A DNA stretch of 64,000 nucleotides from Octopus sinensis (taxonomy: Eukaryota). The stretch is taken from contig NW_021831836.1 in NCBI RefSeq assembly GCF_006345805.1, forward strand, positions 565-64,564. The letters run 5' to 3'. Below the pieces are notes generated by a model. It ran no database searches. It was not told the origin of the DNA and was given only the letters and a program-made list of their open reading frames with translations. Below are positions 39,352 through 51,520 of this stretch, piece by piece (positions within the stretch are counted from its first letter, which is position 1; every line of letters begins with the position of its first letter). Both the position numbers and the translations under genes were made by a program.

Positions 39352-39402
39352 AGCTTCCTGAAGATTTCTCTTGAATGAAACAGTTCTAGTCCTGTAGAAG
39401 CT
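39352..39402 (+). ncRNA. Type I hammerhead ribozyme at right terminus of the PLE (sense to OSTF1 pre-mRNA)
   Basis: AGCTTC-CTGAAGA-T-TTC-tctt-GAA-T-GAAA-CAG-ttctagtc-CTG-TA-GAAGCT: 6-bp stem I, 4-bp stem III, GUA triplet, predicted cut after 39396; U.U at base of stem II. Confidence 0.8.
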
Positions 39403-39488
39403 CCTTCTATATAATAAATTAATTTTACTCTGCTATGTATTGAGTACCTTATTTACTGTGGTTAACCCCGAATCAACCCGGGACCTAC

Positions 39489-39521
<33 letters not shown>

Positions 39522-39834
39522 ATATATTATAGGTTATCTACTATTGTTTCACTAGGTTCATTAGGAGTGACATAATCATAATACAGTTGGTTAGATTGCA
39601 CAACATATTGCATAACACCCAATTCATCAGGCTGTAAAATAAACAAGTGAGCATTCGTTTGTTGATTAATGAAAAACAAAAAAAAACATTAGAATTACCA
39701 ACATGTAAGAAATTTAGAGGTGGGTGTCTCCAGTCTCCCAATCTAGAGAGATGGATAGTAAAATAAGTTTGTAAAGATAAGGACAGTTAAAAGCATTAAC
39801 ATCCTAAAGAAATCATTAAGCCTAGTGACCTCAT

Positions 39835-40494
39835 CTACAAAGGCTCATCTACCACATGGTTCTGGGTTCAGTCCTCTTTTGTGATGACTTGGGGAAGTGT
39901 CTTCTAGATAGCTTTGGGCCAACCAGAGCCTTGTGAGTGGATTTGGTAGACAGAAACTGAAAGAAGCTGTCATATCATCATCATCATCATTGTCGTTTAA
40001 TGCCTGCTTTCCATGCTGACATGGGTTGGACAGTGTGACTGAGGGCTGGCAAGCCAGATGGCTGCACCAGGCTCCAATCTGATCTGGCAAAGTTTCTACA
40101 GCTGGATGCCCTGCCTAACACCAACCACTCTGAGAGTGTAGTGCGTGCTTTTACAAGCCACCAGCACGAGGGTCAGTCAGGTGGTACTGGTATCAGCCAC
40201 GCTCAAAAGGTGCTTTTTACGTGCCACCTGCACTGGAGCCAGTCTGGCGGCAACATACATATATATTTATAATGTATGTGTGTGTGTCTTTGTTTCTGTG
40301 TTTCTCTCCCAACACCTCCTCTGCTCAACAACTGGTGTTGGTGTGTTTACGTTACTTGTAACTTAGCGGTTCAACAAAAGAGATTTATGAAATAAGTTCC
40401 AGGCTTAAAAAAAGAAGTACAGGAGTTGATTCACTTGACTAAAAATTCAAGGCGGTGCCCTAGCATGGCTGCAGTCTAATAATTGAAGCAAGTA

Positions 40495-40495
<1 letters not shown>
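39835..40495 (+). mobile_element. tRNA-derived SINE interrupted by an oppositely oriented RTE-tail SINE (about 39975-40250)
   Basis: SINE head and body resume on both sides of the nested catcatcat... copy. Confidence 0.7.
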
Positions 40496-40530
<35 letters not shown>

Positions 40531-40607
40531 ATGTGTATATATATATATATATATATATGCATATCTGTATGTGTATATATATATATATATATGTGTGTGT
40601 GTATGTG

Positions 40608-40638
<31 letters not shown>

Positions 40639-40924
40639 ATATATGTGTGTGTATGTCAAAACTCCCACTGATGGATAGGTATCTTCTGATGTCATCAAGT
40701 CCTCATGGTCAAGGTTACATTCATCAAAGGTGAATGGAGAAGTATCTTCTTTTAAATGTAATAATTTTTGTGTGTGTGTATGTAAACACATTTTTTGCAT
40801 ATTCCTTCTACTATAACTTACATGGAATACTACCACTGCTGCTGCTGCTGCTACTACTACTACTACTACTACTATATATATATATATATATAACACCTTA
40901 GATAATTTTGTTGTGTTATTTCAG

Positions 40925-41039
40925 GATGATGAATTAACTTTTGAAGAAGGAGACATAATTTATATTACTGATCAAAAAGATTCCAATTGGTGGAAAGGAA
41001 AGTGTGGGTCAAAAGTTGGCTTAATACCAAGCAATTATG
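40925..41039 (+). CDS. OSTF1: OSTF1 exon, SH3 core: [38 protein letters not shown]
   Basis: tttcag|GATGAT...AATTATG|gtaaga, 115 nt, phase 0 to 1; SH3 DELxF, WW and GLIPSNY signatures. Confidence 0.95.
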
Positions 41040-41339
41040 GTAAGATAAAATTTTATCTTATAATATTAAGTAATTGATAAAATTCTTAAACATGATGCCC
41101 ATTATAAGTGGATGATGATATGTAAAAGTAAATTTTGGGATTCCATAATCAAGATTCAAATATTTTCTGTTGGGCACAAACTGGTAGTGATGATTATTAG
41201 TATTCTTGAGTTTACATGTATTCCTTTGGTATGGTTTTTTTTTCCATAATTTTATTGCATTATCTCTCAGTTTCCCCTTTACTTTGTTATTTCTTCATTT
41301 GAATAGCACAAAAATGCCCCCTAATATGAAGATCAAATA

Positions 41340-42503
41340 CCTAAGTTTCACAGGTATATCATTAATGTGAGAAATGAAGTTAATTTTGAAATTTCACAGA
41401 TAGCTAACATGGACAAAGTCTCTCTGACATTTGATGTGCCATCAAACAAGGGTGCTAAAACTGTGACTGTTAAAATATGTTGCCATGAAAAGACACTATA
41501 CAGTTGTATTAAGCATGCTGTGTTGATGACACAAAATTGCCACCTTTTCTAATTTTTAAAAGAAAGACATTGTCTAAAGAAAGTATACCCAATGGTATTT
41601 TCATATCCACCCAAAAGGTTGGATGGATGAGGAAGGAATGAAATTGTGGCCTGATAAAGTGTAGTCCAGGCATCCTGGTGGGTTATTAAAGAAACCTGCC
41701 TTATTACTGTGGGCCTAGTTTGGGCTCATAGAAATGAGCTTGTTAAGAGGAAACTCAGGGAACTGAAGACCTGGTTAGCTGTAATTCCAGGAGGCCTATC
41801 CAACCAGTTACAGCCTTTAGATGTTTCAATCAATAAACCATTTAAAAGATTCATGCAGAAGGAGTGGAGTAAGTGGATGGAGTCTTCAGATTTTGAAGTG
41901 ACACCAATAGGAAGGTGTGTGAATGGGTAAAAAGTTCCTGGAATGCTGTAAAAGAAAAGATAGTTGTGCAATCATTTAAAAAATGTGGCATTAGTAATCT
42001 CCTTGATGGTACTGAGGATGATTTATTGTTCAAAGAAGATATTGATGACCCAGATCTTATTGCAGAGAATTCCAGTGATGAAGAGAGTACTGTTAATATG
42101 GATGGCAACAACGACAATGAGTAACTGTAACTATCTAAAGGAATTCATCACATATATTGTACTTTGCTGATTGGTTTGTAACAGATTTTATTTGCTTTTA
42201 GCTTGCATGTACCAGGATTCATTGATACCAATGTATATTTCTTTTTTGCTATGGTAAATTTAATTTAGATTCCTTTAAAGGTGAGAGTAAAGCTACATGC
42301 GATTTCATACTTTATTCCAGTATACTGTCACAATATTGTATTTCATGCACAGGATCATACAATTTTCATTACAAAACCACTTTAAAATATTTTATAATAA
42401 ATCTATGATGAAACGTAGTAAAATTGTTTTTTCTGCAAAATATCCTTGTAAAATAGGGATGCGTCTTATGTGAGGGTGCATCCAATGCGCTGGCAAATAT
42501 GAT
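41340..42503 (+). mobile_element. pogo/Tigger-like DNA transposon remnant
   Basis: ANMDK.SLTFD, VIPGGLSNQLQPLDVSINKPFK, SFKKCGIS motifs; pogo-like terminal sequence ggcaaatatgata. Confidence 0.85.
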
Positions 42504-42928
42504 AATATATTATTGTGATTGGAAGTGAAATAACTTGGCAAAATAAAACTAAAAATGCAAATCGTCCTTTCTTTCTTAAATAGCTTCTCTTAATCTTTTT
42601 CATTCTGTGGAACTTCCAAGGACCCCACTAGTAGTAATTAATTCAGTTAAAGCAGTGTTCATAGCCACTGGAATGACTACTTTATGCATAGTACTCCTAG
42701 GCCTTTTTTCATCATTATAAGATCCAATTTGATGCACTGCTACTTGATACCTAGTACCATTAATGAAATCCAGTGGTGGGCTGAGTTAACAAAGAAGACT
42801 TTACACAATTACTTAGCATGCGAGAAATAGAAGCAAAATATCTCCATCCTTTCATTTCCTCTAATCTTTTATAAGAAAAGGACTATTAGATACTTCAGTC
42901 CTACATTGACATAAAATAACATGCACCT

Positions 42929-45279
42929 GTGTCAGTGGCACATAAAAACACCTTCCGAAGACCCGGCAAGACTAGTCAGGCCATAACCTGTGGCCCCTAC
43001 CTGGGACATAGTCAGTCCACCTGTGCATACCTTCCTTCTCGTGACACTTGTGAAGACCTGTTGAGGCAAGTGAAAATCAAAATCAAAATCAGAATCAAAA
43101 CAAATCAAAATAGATGAACATCAATGGAATTTGTATCTTTGTGGTACCAGTGCCGGTGGCACACAAGAAAACCATCCGAACGTGGCCGTAGCCAGTACCG
43201 CATCGACTGGCCATCGTGCTGTGGGCACATAACAAACACCATCCGATTGTGGCCGTACGCCAGCCTCATCTGGCACCTGTGTCGGTGACACATAAAAACA
43301 CCATCCGAAGACCCGGCAAGACTAGTCAGGCCATAACCCTGTGGCCCCTACCTGGGACGTAGTCAGTCCACCTGTGCATACTTCCTTCTTGTGACACTTG
43401 TGAAGACCTGTTGAGGCAAGTGAAAATCAAATCAAATCAAATCAAATCAAAACAAATCAAAATAGATGAACATCAATGGAATTTGTATCTTTGTGGTACC
43501 AGTGCCGGTGGCACACAAGAAAACCATCCGAACGTGGCCGTAGCCAGTACTGCATCGACTGGCCTCCGTGCTGTGGGCACGTAACAAACACCATCCGATC
43601 ATGGCCGTTCGCCAGCCTCATCTGGCACCTGTGTCGGTGGCACATAAAAACACCATCCGAAGACCCGGCAAGACTAGTCAGGCCATAACCCGTGGCCCCT
43701 ACCTGAGACGTAGTCAGTCCACCTGTGCATACCTTCCTTCTTGTGACACTTGTGAAGACCTGTTGAGGCAAGTGAAAATCAAATCAAATCAAAATAGATG
43801 AACATCAATGGAATTTGTATCTTTGTGGTACCAGTGCCGGTGGCACACAAGAAAACCATCTGAACGTGGCCGTAGCCAGTACCGCATCGACTGGCCATCG
43901 TGCTGTGGGCACATAACAAACACCATCCGATTGTGGCCGTACGCCAGCCTCATCTGGCACCTGTGTCGGTGACACATAAAAACACCATCCGAAGACCCGG
44001 CAAGACTAGTCAGGCCATAACCCTGTGGCCCCTACCTGGGACGTAGTCAGTCCACCTGTGCATACCTTCCTTCTTGTGACACTTGTGAAGACCTGTTGAG
44101 GCAAGTGAAAATCAAATCAAATCAAAATAGATGAACATCAATGGAATTTGTATCTTTGTGGTACCAGTGCCGGTGGCACACAAGAAAACCATCCGAACGT
44201 GGCCGTAGCCAGTACCGCATCGACTGGCCTCCGTGCTGTGGGCACGTAACAAACACCATCCGATCATGGCCGTTCGCCAGCCTCATCTGGCACCTGTGTC
44301 AGCGGCACATAAAAACACCATCCGAAGACCTGGCAAGACTAGTCAGGCCATAACCCGTGGCCCCTACCTGGGATGTAGTCAGTCCACCTGTGCATACCTT
44401 CCTTCTTGTGACACTTGTGAAGACCTGTTGAGGCAAGTGAAAATCAAATCAAATCAAAATAGATGAACATCAATGGAATTTGTGTCTTTGTGGTACCAGT
44501 GCCGGTGGCACACAAGAACACCATCCAAACGTGGCCGTAGCCAGTACCGCATCGACTGGCCTCCGTGCTGTGGGCACGTAACAAACACCATCCGATCGTG
44601 GCCGTTCGCCACCCTCATCTGGCACCTGTGTCGGCGGCACATAAAAACACCATCCGAAGACCTGGCAAGACTAGTCAGGCCATAACCCGTGGCCCCTACC
44701 TGGGATGTAGTCAGTCCACCTGTGCATACCTTCCTTCTTGTGACACTTGTGAAGACCTGTTGAGGCAAGTGAAAATCAAATTAAATCAAAATAGATGAAC
44801 ATCAATGGAATTTGTATCTTTGTGGTACCAGTGCCGGTGGCACACAAGAAAACCATCCAAACGTGGCCGTAGCCAGTACCGCATCGACTGGCCTCCGTGC
44901 TGTGGGCATGTAACAAACACCATCCGATCGTGGCCGTTCGCCAGCCTCATCTGGCACCTGTGTCGGTGGCACATAAAAACACCATCCGAGCGTGGCCGTC
45001 TGCCAGCCTCGTCTGGCACCTGTGTCGGTAGCACATAAAAAACACCATCCGAGCGTGGCCGTTCGCCAGCCTCGTCTGGCACCTGTGTCGGTGGCACATA
45101 AAATCACCCACTACACTCTCGGAGTGGTTGGCGTTAGAAAGGGCATCCAGCTGTAGAAACACTGCCAGATCTGACTGGCCTGGTGCAGCCTTCGGGCTCC
45201 CCAGACCCCAGTTGGACCGTCCAACCCATGCTAGCATGGAAAGCGGACGTTAAATGATGATGATGATGATGATGATGAT
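42929..45279 (+). repeat. Tandem array of ~332-bp RTE 3'-UTR units (about 6.3 copies) ending in an RTE 3' end with (GAT)n tail
   Basis: Anchor atagatgaacatcaatgg at 43110, 43462, 43794, 44127, 44459, 44791; unit resembles the RTE 3' UTR at 21960-22150. Confidence 0.92.
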
Positions 45280-46568
45280 AGCTGAAATACTTTTATAGGT
45301 TATAGGCTAAACAACACCACTATCCAATAGCAAACCACTTACTAGCATTCTAGCTTAGCATTTTATTTTCTACAACCTAAAAGCTCTATTGATTTTCCAT
45401 TGTTGAATATCCTAACTATACTGGACACTCTCAGTTTTGAATAAATATTGATTAATTTCCCATTTTATTCTTACTCTTTAAATATTAAACAACTGTTTAT
45501 GATAGTTTACTGAGTTCTTTTTCTCATATTTTTCTAATGCTGTATATTCTTTCCATGCATTCAAACTGCTCTATTGCTAATTGATTTATAATTCAATTCC
45601 ATTGATGTCTGTCAAAAATTTGCACTTCAGTACATTACCCAAATTTGAATGATAAAAATTGTTATATGAAGATAAATTGTGTAGTTCAATATTTGTGAAT
45701 ATTTGTAATTCCGCCAAAATCTGATTTTCTGCATATATTTTGTGTGCAAATACTATAAGTAAATAAAAAATTAGTTTTTCTATTTAAAAGAATAAATCAC
45801 AGTTAAATTGATATTATGAAAACAGCACTGAGATTTTATGTGTTAGAAATAGATGCATTAACCCTTTTGGTGACTATGTTTTCATAAAACAACATCTTTA
45901 TTTATCGACATATTAAAGTGATTTTTGGAACACAATTTAACAAAACATTCTTAAAAAGATCTATTTCATAATTTTTGTTTCAAAGCAAATCTAATTACAG
46001 GTAAATACATATAAATTCGATTAAATATAAAATTATTGAAATTCTGTTAAAACATCAGCATAGAAAATGAGTTATTAGCTAATATTCAATTGAGTGTACT
46101 ATAAAGGCTGTGCTCTAGCATGGCCACAGACAAATGACTGAAACAAGTAAAAGAGTAAAATTTTAATTTAGAAGAATTGTGCGCATTATTGGATTATCAG
46201 TTGAACTTAAATATATATATAAGACAGGTGTAGCAATAAAGGTAAAAATAGAATGAAATACTGGGAATTTATCTTTGAAGAAAACTAGGAAATGAAATAC
46301 ACTTACCATTAACTAATTGAAATAAACTTGCATACATAAATACTTAGAAACATATACATAATGACTCTCAATACAAATTGATCAACATTTGTCACTTGCC
46401 TTACAGGTAAGTTAAAATTCCCAGTAAATTAAAGTTAAAGGTAAATAAAAACTAAAACAAGGTAAAATTGGAAAATTTTTTTATAAAATCAAATTTTATA
46501 TATATATAAACAATAAATTAAATAGAGAGATACAAATGACAATCCAGTAATTTATTTATATTATAATA

Positions 46569-47500
46569 CTAGCAGTATCACGTGGCGTTGCTCGGGTTTG
46601 TTTCGTCCCTTTAGAATTGGAATTTTTGAAAAGTAAAAATTTTGCATTATGGTGGTGGAGCATTGTTTGAAGCTCTTCAATGATATTGTGACTTAAAGGA
46701 GGGTTTTTGCTGCATCTATGAGAAAGTTCTTGCTCATGTCCTCCCATGAAGAAAACCTGCATAAACCATCACTCCTCTCCTGGTTGTGGGAGAATGCTCC
46801 CAATTTTGTGGTAACACTGGCCCTGAATTTGGAAAGAAAAAAGGTTTTCTTCGGGCCTTGTAACAGTGGTTCGAGAAGTGCTGGCGACCTCAGTGTTGTC
46901 AGTGTTTGTTCTTGTTATTCGGCCATCACTCACACCAAAAGACGTCATCGACAAACATGAGTTGTATCTCCATAAACTCTTTTGAAAAACTTTCCATGGT
47001 CAGAGTCACTTGTGAGGTCTTGGAGTATTTTGGGAGGAGCAGCCAGGGCCTCAGGATGAACTTTGCCCCAGAACAGCACTCCACTTTTTCGCCCTGCAGT
47101 ATTTGCAAACTTGATCCATCTCTCCAATAGAAACGTGAGCTCGACTTGTGTAGTCATAAGTAGGATCGTAGTTGAAACCCACCATCAACCAAAAATTTTG
47201 TTCTGGACGATGTCGTTGTCTTCGACGTTGCTGGTCCTGCAAACGAATCTCCCTAGCCTCCTCATTCTCCGTCATACGGGTGAATCGATCTCTTTCACGC
47301 TGAGCAAAAAGACGTGATTCTCTGGTAGCAGGAGTCTCGCTCCTTCATGATCGCCTGGTGGATTGGGAGAAAGGGTGACACTCATATGCCTCATTACTCT
47401 CTTCGATGCATGAAAGGGTTGCACTATCACTTGGTTCAGCAACCGGAAATTCCACTGATTGCGGAGTTTCCTCAGAAGGAAGACCCTGTAGAGACGGATA
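46569..47500 (-). mobile_element. Internally deleted Helitron (family 2) with Rep N-terminal remnants; 5' limit uncertain (may extend to about 48.7 kb)
   Basis: 3' end cccgagcaacgccacgtgatactgCTAG; peptides IGEMDQVCKYCRAKKW, MTSFG, FQIQGQCYHKIGSILP. Confidence 0.78.
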
Positions 47501-48844
47501 TCATCGTTCAAAATAGTATAGCTAATGATTATTTGGTAAAGCCAATATAATAGTAGTAAATTGTATTTTTGGATAGTCAAGTCTGGTATACTTCTTAAAT
47601 AAAAAAACCCCAGAAAAATCGAGTCATAATTCAAACAAATTGTGCAATTAATTTTTTTGATAAAGAATAAAGTGTGTGACTTATAAGTAATAATTATTTT
47701 TAGTTCGACAGGAATGCATTCACTGCCATGACTTTAATGTTATGTATTAAAAAGAATAATTGAATGAAAATAAAGCAATGGCAAAATTAATGTGTTCAAT
47801 ACCAAGATAAGCTGCAAATATTATGGATATTTGGTAGGCAGTCCAACAAACAGTTATTTTACTGAACAAATTGTCCAAGAAAACGTAAATATTGACACAA
47901 ACTCGATTTTTCATGAATGTTTAACAGATTTGAATAATTAGGTTCTAATGTAAACATTGCAGCCACTGTTTTTATGGTATTAATCAAAGTGGCAATAATA
48001 GATTAGATGCTAGAAATAGTAATGAATTGTATGTATAAAAATGTCTGGGTAATATTGTAAGTCAATGGAGACATCACATTTGCACATTTTAGGTTACTTG
48101 TAAAAGGGCCGTTTCATTTAAAATATTATGATTATGAAAATATGCTGAATAGAAGAGTTTAAATGAAAAAAAAAAACGAACCACAACTTGAGAGAAGTAG
48201 CCTAATTGGGAAAGAGTAAACAAAAAGACTACATCAGGGAAGGTATATAAAGTTTAATTTATAGCAACATTGAATGAAAATGAATAGATCAGAAATTCCT
48301 TAGATTCATATAGACAGCCAGGTTTCAAGTTTTAAATAACGGAACGGAAAAAGAGTAAGTTCAGCAATATTTCAACGAAAAAATGTAATATTTAGGCAAA
48401 AAGCGTACCTGTGCATGGGCTTCCCTTCCTTGCAATTTACGGGTTCTATTTTGCTTATCAGAAAGATTTGAGCGTTTTCGGTTTGGCATATTGGCATATT
48501 GTAAAAGCTTATTGTACAAACAACTTAAATTTTTGAAATCACATCCACTTAGAAATAGTATTAAATGATTAGTCACTGGATCACATGTGATTGTTTACAT
48601 AAGATCGTCACTTTCCGTAAAAATTTTTATTTTTTTATATATGTGGGTTGGGAGGAAGGGTATCATAAAAGCCAGACAGATAGAGTGCGAAGTTCTTTTG
48701 AAGCTGGCGTTCCGTTTGTGTGTGTGTTTGTGTGTGTCTCGCACACCCCATCAAACACACACTCTCTCACACACACACACACACTCTCTCTCTCTCTCTC
48801 TCACACACATACACACACACGCACGCACATAAAATCTTCCGATT

Positions 48845-49060
48845 GAGGCCAACAATGTGAGGAACCTAGTGGAACTTCCTCTTCACCTTACTTCTTGGAG
48901 GCACCACAAATCTACATGTTTCCATTCAAGCATCTCAACAATCTCACCAGACCTACCTTTCAGCATGACCATGTTGAGTGTGCCAACCCCGAGGGTGTGG
49001 GAGGTGTGGGCCCGTGAGACCCTGGGATGGGGGACAGCAGCATCATATACCTGAAAAGAA
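48845..49060 (-). mobile_element. RTE LINE 5' (endonuclease start) fragment
   Basis: LGVGTLNMVMLKGRSGEIVEMLEWKHVDLWCLQEVR. Confidence 0.75.
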
Positions 49061-49254
49061 AGCTCGCATTTGGCAGAATTCATCAACAAACAATAGCCTT
49101 CAACTTGCATACACTACACCATCTGTTTTATGCACTTTATGATCACTACCTTACATAGGAGATAAACCCTAAGTTGGGGTGGGGATGGCATTAAGCCTTT
49201 AGAAGTGTTCATGGGAGACAACCAATGGATGATAGAGGATAGCTACTTCCGCTA

Positions 49255-49403
49255 CAGGTGGTGAGGGTGTGGTGAATAAACTGTCATCTAAATTGTGCCC
49301 CAACTGACCCTACTATACTGTGTAGTCGACAAAATCGAAACAAACAATGCACACACATAAAATTAAAAATATAAAATGGCGACAATTTACTCATCTCACC
49401 CTG
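49255..49403. mobile_element. MITE with maT-type TIRs
   Basis: Ends match the TIR at 17170 (cagggtgtgatgaataaattgtc) in inverted orientation; TA on both sides. Confidence 0.7.
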
Positions 49404-49415
49404 TATATAAATCTG

Positions 49416-50450
49416 TTGGGTCATCCCATAAATAATGCGGTTTTTTCAATTGCATGAACTAAAAAGAGGGGATGAGATAAACTACCTGCAACAACTTGCT
49501 ATAAAAGCTGGTAATAAATTTACTTAATCCTTATTGTTAGTGCAACTTTTGAAGAGTGGAGTTCGATTTTAATTTATTTTTTTAAAAGCTATTACAGAAG
49601 TGACATAGGAGCATGTTCGGCATATTTTACTTTATGAGTTCTGTTGAGCAACTAGCAGAGAAGCTTGAATTTGGTAATTCAACCATTCATTGACACCTGC
49701 ATGTCATCGGAAAAGTTGGCAAATTGGGTCAATGGGTTCCTCACAGACTTTCCGAATACTATCACACGCAGAGAGTGAATTTGTCTTTGCTGTCACATCT
49801 CACAAATGAACCTTTTTTAGACCAAATAGTGACTGGTGATGAGAAATGGATTCTCTATAAAAATGTCAAATGCTAAAGACAAGTGGGTAGGGAAAGGAGA
49901 AACACTGGCACCCCAGGCTAAAGAAGGTCTTTACCCATGTAAAGTGTTGTTATTTGTTTGGTGGGATATAAAAGGTTTTAGTCCACTTTGAACTTTTACA
50001 CCCAAACCAAATGATAACAAAAGAGATCTACTGTGAGCAATTTGAGCAACTTAAGTCAGCGCTAGAAGAAAAACAACCAACTTTGGTTTCATGACAAAAA
50101 GTGTTCTTCTATCAGGATAATGCTTAGCCACATACAATGAGGATGGCGTTCCAAAGGCTGGAACAGTTCAAATAGGAAACAATGCCCCATCCACCATATT
50201 CACCAGACATTGCCCCATCTGATTATCCACAGTCTTCAAAGTCATTTGGATGTAAAAAAATATGAATCCTGTAGATGAGGTCAGAACAGTACCGGAGGAG
50301 TATTTTTCCTGATGGACAAGTCTACTTGATAGATGGAAGAGTACTGTAGAAAATGAAGGAGAGTATATTTTGGATTAAAAAAGAACTTTATCTTAATTTT
50401 GAAAAATAAAAGAAGTATAAAACAACTGCATTATTTATGGGATGACACAA
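49416..50450 (+). mobile_element. mariner (DD34D) transposon, degenerate
   Basis: TIRs ttgggtcatcccataaataatgc / gcattatttatgggatgacacaa; IVTGDEKW; QDNA...HPPYSPDIAPSDY with 34-residue D-D spacing; in-frame stops. Confidence 0.9.
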
Positions 50451-51133
50451 TATATATATATTGTATTTCAGGATGTGCTTCTTTTTTTTTGGTCAAATAA
50501 AAACACGCACTATATACTCATTCATCACTCATCAATTACTGTTTTTATTCTAACTCATGTCCATGGAAATCTTTCATCACACATCTGTAATTTCTTCAGT
50601 GACATTTTCTGTTGTTGTGTGTGTTCTTGCTCTACTTAGTCTATTCTGTTCTTCTATGGTGTATATCCCCATATGCACATGTGTTTGTGTCTGTATGTGT
50701 GTGTGTACATGTGTATGTATGTATGTGTACATGTGTATGTGTACGTGTGTGTGACATTCTTTGTAGCACTATGGCCCTCCCCTCAACCCTGTTGCTGCTG
50801 CCCTTAAACCTGACTTTTGGTACTGTTGCTGTATCTCCCTGTGTTTGAGTGTTCGCCCTTGCTGCTGCCATCATAGTAGTTGTTGTTGTTGCCACTGTTG
50901 CTGTTGCTGTTGTTGGTCATGTTGATGTTATTGTAGCTATTTGTGAAGTTACTGTGTGTGTGTATCCTTTGCCCTTTATATCGTCTTTCTTTCTTTTTTT
51001 ATTTACTTGTCTCATATATAGTGCGTGTCTTTATTTGGGAAAAAAAACAAAAAAACAATCATCCTGAAATACAATAATATATGTTTCAACACAGAGTTTC
51101 ACACCAGGAATCTTGCAACACAAATTCATAAGC

Positions 51134-51164
<31 letters not shown>

Positions 51165-51520
51165 ATTCACATAATATCTGTAGCATGGAAACTTGTAAAG
51201 CATTCCACTCTACATAATGCAGCCTTGTAGAATGCACATTGGAAAGTTGTTTCAACTGCTTGTCTATTGGGAGGTTTCCTTTTTGATGAAGATGTTCATG
51301 GCACTGCCTTTTGCAACCCCCTCATTTATGAAGATAGCTGAATTCAGAGGGCTATCCCTCTGGCAGGCTTAAGTTTTTCTCCCAATAGTTACTTTTTGGG
51401 ATGGAAAAAAACCAATCCTCAACTGTGTTGCTACATCTACTCAGAATTGCAAATGGTCACATCACTTTTGAGCCTTTCCTGATTTTGGATATTGCATAAA
51501 TGCATTAACAATACTCATCA

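Larger units (their letters stand above)
24409..39419. mobile_element. Penelope-like element (Naiad type) with long inverted duplication of its 3' part; Helitron nested in right arm
   Basis: 24409-28173 is the reverse complement of 29703-31765 plus 37877-39419. The spacer 28174-29702 carries RT. Both outer ends stop at the same base (..ccttctatataataaat). Confidence 0.9.

Noticed and set aside
24409-39419. Palindrome as a pure long-read fold-back artefact
   Set aside because: The arms differ by substitutions, and a 6.1-kb Helitron with correct A|T junctions is in one arm only. Read-level confirmation is still advised.
9186-45100. 157-bp and 332-bp arrays as CRISPR
   Set aside because: Whole units repeat with no unique spacers, there are no cas genes, and the context is eukaryotic.
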